From Candidatus Latescibacterota bacterium (GTDB lineage Bacteria; Latescibacterota; UBA2968; UBA8231): DNA of 64,000 nucleotides. Positions within the stretch are counted from its first letter, which is position 1; each line of letters starts with the position of its first letter. Below the pieces are notes generated by a model. That model searched no databases and had not been told where the DNA came from. It was given only the letters and a program-made list of their open reading frames with translations. A program made the translations under genes and the position numbers. The stretch spans positions 3,488,001 through 3,552,000 of the forward strand of contig OY730476.1 of assembly GCA_963422735.1 (NCBI GenBank), written 5' to 3'. Shown here one piece after another: positions 39,709 through 47,445 of this stretch.

Positions 39709-42700
39709 GCTCGCCTCGTGCGGCGATAGAGGGCATAGCCCAAAAACAGCAGCGGCCCCGCGCCCACCACCAACACTCGCCACAGGCGCTTGGCCTCGGT
39801 GCTCTGGAAGGGAAAGCCGCGCGGAGTTGGCCGCCGCGCCTGTAAGGTGCTTAGCTCTGCGCCATAAGCGTTGTACGCCACAGCATTGAGCAAGAATTGA
39901 TCGTGATGAAAGCCCGGGACCAACAGGTGCTCGTTTTTGAACATCTCCGAAGAGCCAATCAGGAGTAGAGCACCCGGTTGCCGCGGGTGCTCGCCCACGC
40001 GCTGGAGCACGGCGCGACCATCCTCGTCTTCAGTAAAGGCGACCTCGGGAAAAGGCCCGGTAAGCAACGCGACTAGGGGTTGGGGGCCGGACAGGTATGT
40101 CTGCGGGGCGAAGACCTCCGGTGGTAGCCAACCACCCTGCCATGGGTACGCCCAGGCTTGGGACGAGGTGGAGATTAGGGTTTGGGCCGTTATGCCCGCA
40201 CTGCTTAGCTCTGCTGGGTGCAGGGCAAGTCGGTTCCCCCAGATAAAGAGCAGGTCGCCGAGGTGTCGGGTGATGGGAGAGGTGCGGTCGTAGTACTGGC
40301 CGACAGCGCGAATCAAGAAAGGCAAGGCGACCTTTTGCGGGTCGTACTCGCGCACGGCGGTGCGATTGACTTGGGTCTCTAGGTCGAGGTGGGACTGGGT
40401 GCGATCGAAGAGCACTTCGCGGAGCTGTTCGACGCCAAAGAGCTGGAGGTAGCGGTCGAGGTCTTGGAATTGGGGCTGGGGCCAGTACACCGTCTGAAAC
40501 CCCGCGCCGCGGTACTGGCGTTGCTGGATGTTGAAGTGCTGCATGGCGACAATGGCCTTGCCCCCCTGCGCGAGATACTGGCTCAGCAACAGCAGGATCG
40601 GACCCGAGTCGCGGCGCGGCTGCATCCACAACAAGACATCTATGTCTGAGGGCATGCTCGGCGTGCGGGGGTTGATGTAGTGGACGTCGTAGAGATAGTC
40701 GGCGAGTAGGGCTTTCAAGTCGCTGTACACGTCGGTGCCGCCCGGAGCGATGAGGCCTTTCTTTTGGTAGTCTTCGAGGGCTTCGGCCGGCGAGAGGCGC
40801 GGCAAGTCGGAGATGACAGCCACGCGCATTTTGCGCCCCTGTTGCAGGCTGTGGGCGGCTGCAGCCAAGAGGAATTCGAGATGGCGCAGTGTGCGCTGGT
40901 CGAGTCGCGGCACGGCAATGCTGTGCCCATTGCCCCGCAGGTACAGGCCGCTCCATACGTATTGGGTGGCGAGGGTGTCGTTGAGGACCCTTTCAGTTGG
41001 GAAGGGCAACAGCCCCTCGGCGGCGAACGCCTGCCGCTGGTCGGGGGTCAGCACATCGGGTCGGATCACGCGCAGAGGAATGTTGCAGTCGGCGAGCAAG
41101 GTGCGGATGCGGTCTTCGGCGTCTTTGAGTTGTCGGGGCATGGAAGCCCGGTGCGTGGCGATCAGCTCGGCGGATAGGGACGTGCCCTGCAACAAGCGGC
41201 CCAAAAGCGGCGAGGGTGTGTTGAGCTGGTCTGCCGTCAGGTCGAGATAGGGGCCGCGTCCGCGCCAGACGAGTGCGCCAACGAGGAGCACCAAGCCGGC
41301 GAGGCCGAGCTGTCGGCCCCAACGGCCGATCGGCCAGCTCGGGCGGCCGTAGCGCAGATAGTGCCTAACACCGAGGCTGACAAACGCCAGCGGAACCAAA
41401 AAGATGGCAAAGAACCGCCAGAAAAAACGGGCGAGTGCGCCGGGCGGAACGAGCCGCTGCGGCCCGCCCTTTTCCACGCGTCCCCGCAATATGCGCTCCG
41501 GTTCGCCGTAGGTGCGGGTGAGGTTTTGTAGGAAGACGCGGTGGGCGTAGCCGGGCTGGTTGATGATGCCGTCTTGAAAGGGCGACGCGCTGGCCAAGAC
41601 GAATAGTTGCCCTTGCCAAGGGTCGTCCGGCTTGAGCAGGACCAGCAAATTCTGTTTGGGCACGGGCAAGCCACCGGTTAAATCGGCGTCGGTGAAGGAG
41701 TCTGCCGGCAGGGGCAGGACGCGGGGGCTTTCGGTGGTGGTGCCGACAATTTCCGCGTGGAAGCCCTTGGCTTTTGCGATCTGCGGATTCACTTCGAGCG
41801 CGCTGGCGGCGACGAAATTAAGCCCACCTCGGCCTGGTGCCGCAAAACTCTTCATATTGTAAAAAGCAGGTAGCACCCGCAGGTGAAAAGGCGCGACGAC
41901 CTCGCCCGAGTCGAGGGCGATCGGCCCGGTGTTTTTATCGACGAGCAGGTCCGGCACCGGCCGGATGCCAAAGGGCTGGAGCAGTTGTCCCCAAGCAGGC
42001 GGCGTGTGATGTACCCAATAGGAAATCGCGTCCTCTGCTGGGGAATAGCCGATCTGATAGGTGCTGCCGGCGAGCACGGCACTGCGGCCGGATGCTAGAA
42101 AGGCAAGCAACTGCCGCACGTGCTCGGGCGTGGCGACCTCAGGCTGGATCCAAAACAGCACGTCAATTTTCGGGGGAATGGTGGGGTCGCTGTTGAGGTC
42201 TAGCTCGATGACCGGCCCAGCCTCGTTGAGAAAGGCCGCCAAAAGCTGAAAGGGCGGCGGTGCCGAGACGCCAAAGGTCGATTGCGGCGGTGCTCGTCCG
42301 GTCTGCAGTTGGGCGATGACGTACTCCTCTAGATAAAGCAGGTGCTCTGGCTCTATGCTTTGGACGAGCACTTCGGGCGCGTCGGTACGCGCAATTACCA
42401 GCGAGGACCAGATTTTCTGCTCGGAATGCTCGTCGTGCAACACCCGCCGTACGCTGAAGGAGGAGGCCCTTTTGCTAGCCGCATAGCCGATGCCCGCGCC
42501 CCCGCTCTGGTCCGGATCGATAACCCGATAGTTGATGCGGTCGGGCGCGTGGTCGCGCAGCGCCGACAGAAGCTGGCGGACTTGGGGTTCGAGTTCTTTG
42601 AGGTGCGCCGGCATATTTTCGCGGGCGGTGGCAAAGTAGGTGATGGAGAGCGGGGCGTCTAAGGAGCGGAGGTAGTGCTCGGTCGCCGGCGCGAGCGTGG

Positions 42701-42827
42701 CGATGTCGTCCCCCGCTAGATCTAGGGTCCAACTCCCCGTCAGGTGCAGGAGGCGGCAGGCGTACGCGACGATGCCCAACAGCAGCGCGAAAGCCAGCGC
42801 AGTTTGGAGCAAGAAATGCCGCTTCAA
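39705..42827 (-). CDS. GldG-like ABC auxiliary protein with two tandem GldG modules
   Basis: LDLAGDDIATLAPAT..L..LDAPLSITYF and a second LDLTADQLNTPS module; both end in N..F..N-like segments plus a TM. TTG start overlaps the GldF stop. Confidence 0.8.
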   Translation of the reverse strand: MKRHFLLQTALAFALLLGIVAYACRLLHLTGSWTLDLAGDDIATLAPATEHYLRSLDAPLSITYFATARENMPAHLKELEPQVRQLLSALRDHAPDRINYRVIDPDQSGGAGIGYAASKRASSFSVRRVLHDEHSEQKIWSSLVIARTDAPEVLVQSIEPEHLLYLEEYVIAQLQTGRAPPQSTFGVSAPPPFQLLAAFLNEAGPVIELDLNSDPTIPPKIDVLFWIQPEVATPEHVRQLLAFLASGRSAVLAGSTYQIGYSPAEDAISYWVHHTPPAWGQLLQPFGIRPVPDLLVDKNTGPIALDSGEVVAPFHLRVLPAFYNMKSFAAPGRGGLNFVAASALEVNPQIAKAKGFHAEIVGTTTESPRVLPLPADSFTDADLTGGLPVPKQNLLVLLKPDDPWQGQLFVLASASPFQDGIINQPGYAHRVFLQNLTRTYGEPERILRGRVEKGGPQRLVPPGALARFFWRFFAIFLVPLAFVSLGVRHYLRYGRPSWPIGRWGRQLGLAGLVLLVGALVWRGRGPYLDLTADQLNTPSPLLGRLLQGTSLSAELIATHRASMPRQLKDAEDRIRTLLADCNIPLRVIRPDVLTPDQRQAFAAEGLLPFPTERVLNDTLATQYVWSGLYLRGNGHSIAVPRLDQRTLRHLEFLLAAAAHSLQQGRKMRVAVISDLPRLSPAEALEDYQKKGLIAPGGTDVYSDLKALLADYLYDVHYINPRTPSMPSDIDVLLWMQPRRDSGPILLLLSQYLAQGGKAIVAMQHFNIQQRQYRGAGFQTVYWPQPQFQDLDRYLQLFGVEQLREVLFDRTQSHLDLETQVNRTAVREYDPQKVALPFLIRAVGQYYDRTSPITRHLGDLLFIWGNRLALHPAELSSAGITAQTLISTSSQAWAYPWQGGWLPPEVFAPQTYLSGPQPLVALLTGPFPEVAFTEDEDGRAVLQRVGEHPRQPGALLLIGSSEMFKNEHLLVPGFHHDQFLLNAVAYNAYGAELSTLQARRPTPRGFPFQSTEAKRLWRVLVVGAGPLLFLGYALYRRTRRA

Positions 42828-43591
42828 TACTTGGATCTCTGGAGGCTGATATAGTTCATCGAAACGAAAAAGCCGCTCATCAACGCGAAGTACAGCAGGT
42901 CGGCGAGGGCGATTACGCCGCGGCCAAAAGCCTCGTAGTGGGGCAGGACCGATATGGTCTCGTACAGCCACGTGCCCGGCTGATAGGCCGGAGCTAATCC
43001 GTCGAGGACCTCGACTACTTTCTCGTGCCCGCTGAGTACGAAGAAGAAGCCTAAGAGCGCGGCGAGCACAAAGGCCACGATTTGGTCGCGGGTCAGGCCG
43101 GAGGCAAACAGACCGAAAGACAGGAAGAAAGCACCCAACAGCAGTGCGCCGAGATAACTCGCGCATATACGCCCGAGATCGGGATCGCCGAGGAAGAGGA
43201 GCATCAGCACGATGGGCAGGCTACCGGCGAGGACGATCGCGTAGAAGCAGAGAGCCGCGAGATACTTGCCCAGCACGACCTGCAAGGAGTGCAGCGGCAG
43301 GGTCATCAGCAACTCGAAGGTGTGCTGGGCGCGTTCCTCGGCCCAGGCCCGCATGGTAATAGCTGGGACGAAGGGGATCAGCAGAAAGGGCAGGGCGGTG
43401 AAATACGGCCCCATATCGACAACCCCGTCGAGAAAAAAGGAATTCATAAAGGTGGTGCAAGACAGCACCAAAAAGACCGCCGCGTACGCATAGGCAATGG
43501 GCGAGTCGAAATACGCCACTAGCTCGCGGTCGAAGACAATGCGCGTACCGCGCAGGCACTCGGCAGCAGACAGGCGTTGCGCGTCAGACAT
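42824..43591 (-). CDS. GldF-like ABC-2 permease
   Basis: RELVAYFDSPIAY, TMRAWAEER..TFELLMTLP, VLGKY, DQIVAF. Confidence 0.9.
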   Translation of the reverse strand: MSDAQRLSAAECLRGTRIVFDRELVAYFDSPIAYAYAAVFLVLSCTTFMNSFFLDGVVDMGPYFTALPFLLIPFVPAITMRAWAEERAQHTFELLMTLPLHSLQVVLGKYLAALCFYAIVLAGSLPIVLMLLFLGDPDLGRICASYLGALLLGAFFLSFGLFASGLTRDQIVAFVLAALLGFFFVLSGHEKVVEVLDGLAPAYQPGTWLYETISVLPHYEAFGRGVIALADLLYFALMSGFFVSMNYISLQRSKY

Positions 43592-44321
43592 GGGTAGGGG
43601 TTGTGGTGCGGACTAGGTGGGCGAAGACCGCTTCGAGACCGGCCCCGGGGATGCCGGCGTCTGCGGCCAACTGTTCGACGCGGCCATCGCCGAGCAAGCG
43701 CCCTTGGTGGATGATCAACACGCGGTCGGCAATGGCTTCGACGTCGCCGATGATGTGGGTGCTAAAGAGGATCGCTCGGCCCGAGCTGAGCGTACGCAAG
43801 GTGTCGCGGAAAGCCAGTACCTGCAAGGGGTCGAAGCCGTGAGTTGGCTCGTCGAGGAGCAAGACCGGCGGATCGTGTACCATGGCGGTAGCCAGGCCGA
43901 TGCGCTGCCGGAACCCGGTGGAGCACTCCTTGACGCGCTGGGTAAGCACGTCTTCGAGCCCGCAGAGCGCGACTGCGCGCGCCAAGCTCCGCTGCAAGGC
44001 GTCGCCTTCGAGTCCGCGGGCTTGGGCGATGAAACGGAGGAACTTATCGACGCGCATCTCTTGGTAGAGCGGAGTGTCGCCCGACAGATAGCCGATGCGG
44101 CGGCGCACGGCCAGCGGGTGCTCCACCACGTCGATCCCGTCGATGGCGATTGTGCCGGCCGTAGGGTGGATAAAAGTGGAGAGCATCTTGAGCATGGTGC
44201 TCTTGCCGGCACCATTCGGGCCAACAAAGCCAACGATCTCGCCTTGATCAACGGCGAAGCTGACCTCGTCAACCGCGGTCAAAGTACCGTAGCGGCGGGT
44301 GACGGATTCTACGCGGATCAT
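43584..44321 (-). CDS. GldA-like ABC ATP-binding protein
   Basis: GPNGAGKST, CSTGFRQRIGLA, LDEPTHGFDP. Confidence 0.9.
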   Translation of the reverse strand: MIRVESVTRRYGTLTAVDEVSFAVDQGEIVGFVGPNGAGKSTMLKMLSTFIHPTAGTIAIDGIDVVEHPLAVRRRIGYLSGDTPLYQEMRVDKFLRFIAQARGLEGDALQRSLARAVALCGLEDVLTQRVKECSTGFRQRIGLATAMVHDPPVLLLDEPTHGFDPLQVLAFRDTLRTLSSGRAILFSTHIIGDVEAIADRVLIIHQGRLLGDGRVEQLAADAGIPGAGLEAVFAHLVRTTTPTHV

Positions 44322-44333
44322 CTGCGGGTACAA

Positions 44334-44747
44334 CTACTGTTTGAATACCCCGCAGCGGAGCATGGAAGCGCCGAAATAGGGATTGGCAATTTGGGACTGG
44401 TCCTTCTGGACCCAGTGCGCTCCCTTATCGCCGTCGGCCATCGGGCAGTACGCCACGACGTAGCCTTTGGGTATCTGGCCCTGCATCAATTCCTCGGATA
44501 GCGGCTTAAACGCCGTGCGCACCGAGGCAAGGTCGGCGGCGCGTGCGGCGTTTTCCGCCAGCGGCTTGAGCGTTGGGCTGGCATTTTGCACCATGCCTTG
44601 CAGTGCTTGGTGCGCCCGGTCTAGATCGTCGTCGGCCAAGGCTTCTTGGGCTGCGACGTAGTGGGTCAGCGCCGTAGGGGCCGGGTCGGGCGAATCACAA
44701 GCCGCGATTGCGAAGGCGATAAGGAACAGACGAGACGGGGAGCGCAT
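44334..44747 (-). CDS. DUF3347-domain lipoprotein
   Basis: Lipobox IAAC; YCPMA...W...IANPYFGASMLRCG. Confidence 0.85.
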   Translation of the reverse strand: MRSPSRLFLIAFAIAACDSPDPAPTALTHYVAAQEALADDDLDRAHQALQGMVQNASPTLKPLAENAARAADLASVRTAFKPLSEELMQGQIPKGYVVAYCPMADGDKGAHWVQKDQSQIANPYFGASMLRCGVFKQ

Positions 44748-44912
44748 TGGGATTTCTCGCGGAAAAGGGTAGTGGCCTGTTTTGAAAATTCAAGTTCATC
44801 ACCGTTTTAGAGAAAAATCGCGTCGGTCTTTCCGGTTTCTTTCTTGCAGCAACGTGAGCTTGCGCTGCAAAAGAACCAAGGAGTAGTCCTATTTTGTTGA
44901 GTAAACCAGTGC

Positions 44913-45140
44913 TCATCCCACTGATTTTAATAACTGAAAATATCGCTCTTTACTAATTCCAGCAGTTTTTAGATTAAATTGTATAATATCTCTCTCTACT
45001 TCTTTTCTCTTGGGAATTACTATTGATCTTCTACTAGGCTTCCTCATAATAATAGGATCGCCTTTTACACGCGAAAGAACAGAACCATCAGCTTCAAACA
45101 CCTACATTAATGTTCTCCAACTGCACGGCGTAAGTCTCAT
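44913..45140 (-). pseudogene. hicA: HicA toxin pseudogene
   Basis: MRLTPCSWRTLM*VFEADG: in-frame TAG at 45104-45102; the catalytic G-x-H appears as GDP; C-terminus AGISKERYFQLL. Confidence 0.7.
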
Positions 45141-45476
45141 TGCTATAGCTTTTTGGGATGTAGATTTCTATAAAAAGAGCGTTTTGCTTGGGCAGCTCTA
45201 TACCATTAACCTCGAACTCTCCATTGACCCCACATTCTTTGAGAAGCTCTTTTAAGGTTCCGCCATCGAAAGCATCCTCAACAAACAAATAGCTGTACGG
45301 CCTCAGAAATCACGCGATGGGCTTCGTCCTTTGTCGTTCCCTGACTGCATACGTCAAAGGTGGGACAACGAGAAACATAGCCAAGCTCACCTTGCTCTAT
45401 CTCTATAGGGGATAAATACTTAGAATATAAAATCGCACCTGTCATCGGAAGTTTCTCCACAAGGGGAACTACTCAT
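45094..45476 (-). pseudogene. hicB: HicB antitoxin pseudogene
   Basis: YVSRCPTFDVCSQGTTKDEAHRVISEAVQLF is frameshifted by a 4-nt duplication (ATTTGTTTGTTGAG) into FVEDAFDGGTLKELLKECG. Confidence 0.75.
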
Positions 45477-45494
45477 AATCTCATTTCCTTAGCG

Positions 45495-45523
45495 AATGTA
45501 ATAAGGTATATTTCCCGTGTCAA
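45495..45523 (-). promoter_or_regulatory. Sigma70 promoter of hicBA
   Basis: TTGACA-N17-TACATT on the minus strand. Confidence 0.6.
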
Positions 45524-45566
45524 AAGAGAAGCGTTGCCCTGCTTCCGTACCCTAGATGTCGCTTTA

Positions 45567-47024
45567 ATGAGGATCGTGTCAGAAGCCGACCCCTATCCCG
45601 GCCCCAACGAGGAAGTGCTGGCCGCGCAAGCACGCGTCTGTACCGGGCCGCACCAGAGCCGCCCGCTGGGCAAAAAAGAGGGCGACCCAGACCCTCGGCG
45701 CATTCTGGAGCTAGTTTTCGCTTCGCTCAAGGGGGCCTTGCCCCGTGCAGAGCAGGTTTCCCCGGCCCAGATGGGCGCATTTTTCGCGGCGATGTCCATC
45801 CGCCGCACCTTCGGTGCGCAGACCGGTTGGAGCGCAGCCGAGGTCGAGGCGTTTGACCGCTATGGGGACGCGCTGGCGCAGATGCCCGAGGATTTGCGCT
45901 TCTTGCTGGGGATGGAACCTGATTTTGCCGGCCGCGGTGCGGGTGAAGCGCGGGTGGTTGCGGCTCTACGCCCGGTTTTGCAGGGCGAGCATTTGCTTTA
46001 TGAGGAAGTGCGCGATGCGCTCGGGGCCATGCTAGCGGGCGCGGTGCGCCCCTCGCTGATGGCCGCGTTCTTGATCGGCCAGCGGATGAACATCGAAGAT
46101 GCGGAAGAAATTCGCGCTCATCTCGACGCTGTGCTTCCCTCAGAGCAGGTGTTCGCTCTGCAAGTGGAGGCACTGACGCATTTTGGCCAGCCCTTTGACG
46201 GCGCGACGCGTTTCTTCCGCCCGACGCTCTTCGTCGCTGCCGTGCGCGCGGCCTTGGGCCGGGCGACCGTGCTACACGGCGTCGCCGAAATGCCGCCCAA
46301 GCGCGGAGTCACCGAGGAAGGGATACTAGCGGCCTTGGGTGCGCGGGTCGATCTGTCGCTGGCGTCGGCGGCCCGTTGCATCGAAGACCCGGCCGTTGGG
46401 TTCGCATACGTGAGTCAGCGCGCGTACGCCCCCCGCGCGTACGCGTTGCGTCATTTGCGCACCCACATTGCCAAACGCCCGCCTTGGGCCACTACTGAGA
46501 AGGCACAGCAGTTGTTTGCCGGCGCGACTTGGAACGGCATGATTGCGGGCTTTTACCACCTTGGCTACGAAGACAAGCTGTTGGGGTTGATGCAGGAGCG
46601 TGGCTTAGACGCGGGGCTGGCGATCAAGGGTGAGGAAGGGAGTAGCCACTACGGGTTGCGCTTGGGCAAGTCCTCGGACGCTCGGCGCAAGGCCATCAAC
46701 TACGTGCAGGGATTCCGCCGCGTTGGGGGCCGGTTGGAGACGGTGGCCGGCGACGTGAACCCAAGAGCCTACGGTTTTCGCTACGAGCAAAGCCCGCGTC
46801 CTGCGGAGGTGAGTGCGCGGGCTTTTGCCGCATTGGGCGTGGCGGCACTCAAGGGCGAGCAGGGGCCTGTTCGCGACCGCATAGTACTCAACGCGGGCTT
46901 GACCGACTACTATCTGGGCCTAAGTGCGAGTGCCGAAGAGGGGTTGGTCGAGGCGCGGAGGGCTATGGATAGCGGCCGGGCACTGGCGCATCTGGAGCGT
47001 TATATCAGCCAGTCGTGCGATTAG
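45567..47024 (+). CDS. Anthranilate phosphoribosyltransferase-like (TrpD/YbiB-like) protein
   Basis: Duplicated N-terminal helical domain (AQMGAFF, MAAFLIGQRM), GQPFDG, LHGV..MPPKRG, KGEEG, LNAG...A..SGRA. Confidence 0.75.
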   Translation: MRIVSEADPYPGPNEEVLAAQARVCTGPHQSRPLGKKEGDPDPRRILELVFASLKGALPRAEQVSPAQMGAFFAAMSIRRTFGAQTGWSAAEVEAFDRYGDALAQMPEDLRFLLGMEPDFAGRGAGEARVVAALRPVLQGEHLLYEEVRDALGAMLAGAVRPSLMAAFLIGQRMNIEDAEEIRAHLDAVLPSEQVFALQVEALTHFGQPFDGATRFFRPTLFVAAVRAALGRATVLHGVAEMPPKRGVTEEGILAALGARVDLSLASAARCIEDPAVGFAYVSQRAYAPRAYALRHLRTHIAKRPPWATTEKAQQLFAGATWNGMIAGFYHLGYEDKLLGLMQERGLDAGLAIKGEEGSSHYGLRLGKSSDARRKAINYVQGFRRVGGRLETVAGDVNPRAYGFRYEQSPRPAEVSARAFAALGVAALKGEQGPVRDRIVLNAGLTDYYLGLSASAEEGLVEARRAMDSGRALAHLERYISQSCD

Positions 47025-47445
47025 GAATTGATGTTAGGCAGTCGTTGTCGTTTGCGGCTCCCGCGCACGTGGGAATCCAGCAGACAGCTTCGTGTCGGCG
47101 AGGACGCTTTGTGCGTCATTCGCTTACACTCAGTCGAGTCGTCGAGTTGCTCAGCAGTTCGACGGAACTCATCGAAGCCTAAGTCGCCGTGGGCTACTCT
47201 GGATGCTTGCTTGTCACGCCTTGTGGCGCGGTGAAGCGCAGGCATGATCCGTTAGGTAATCGGAAATCGGGATCTCGTGGCGTCTTTTGCGACAGATATC
47301 GGCCAATTCTTCGCGACATGGCACATCTTCGGCCGCTAGCCCCGCGCCGATCCACACGGCCCGATGCCACCAAATCGTGTAATAGGACGCGGCCGAACGG
47401 ATTTGGTAGGCCCTATGTGCCTCACAAGTGCTGCAACGCTGGATA

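Noticed and set aside
38704-44321. Gliding motility locus
   Set aside because: GldAFG-like ABC systems are widespread in non-gliding bacteria, and no gldK-N or spr genes are present in the window.
45102-45104. Amber read-through (pyrrolysine or recoding) in hicA
   Set aside because: TAG terminates many normal genes here, and the same module has other inactivating lesions.
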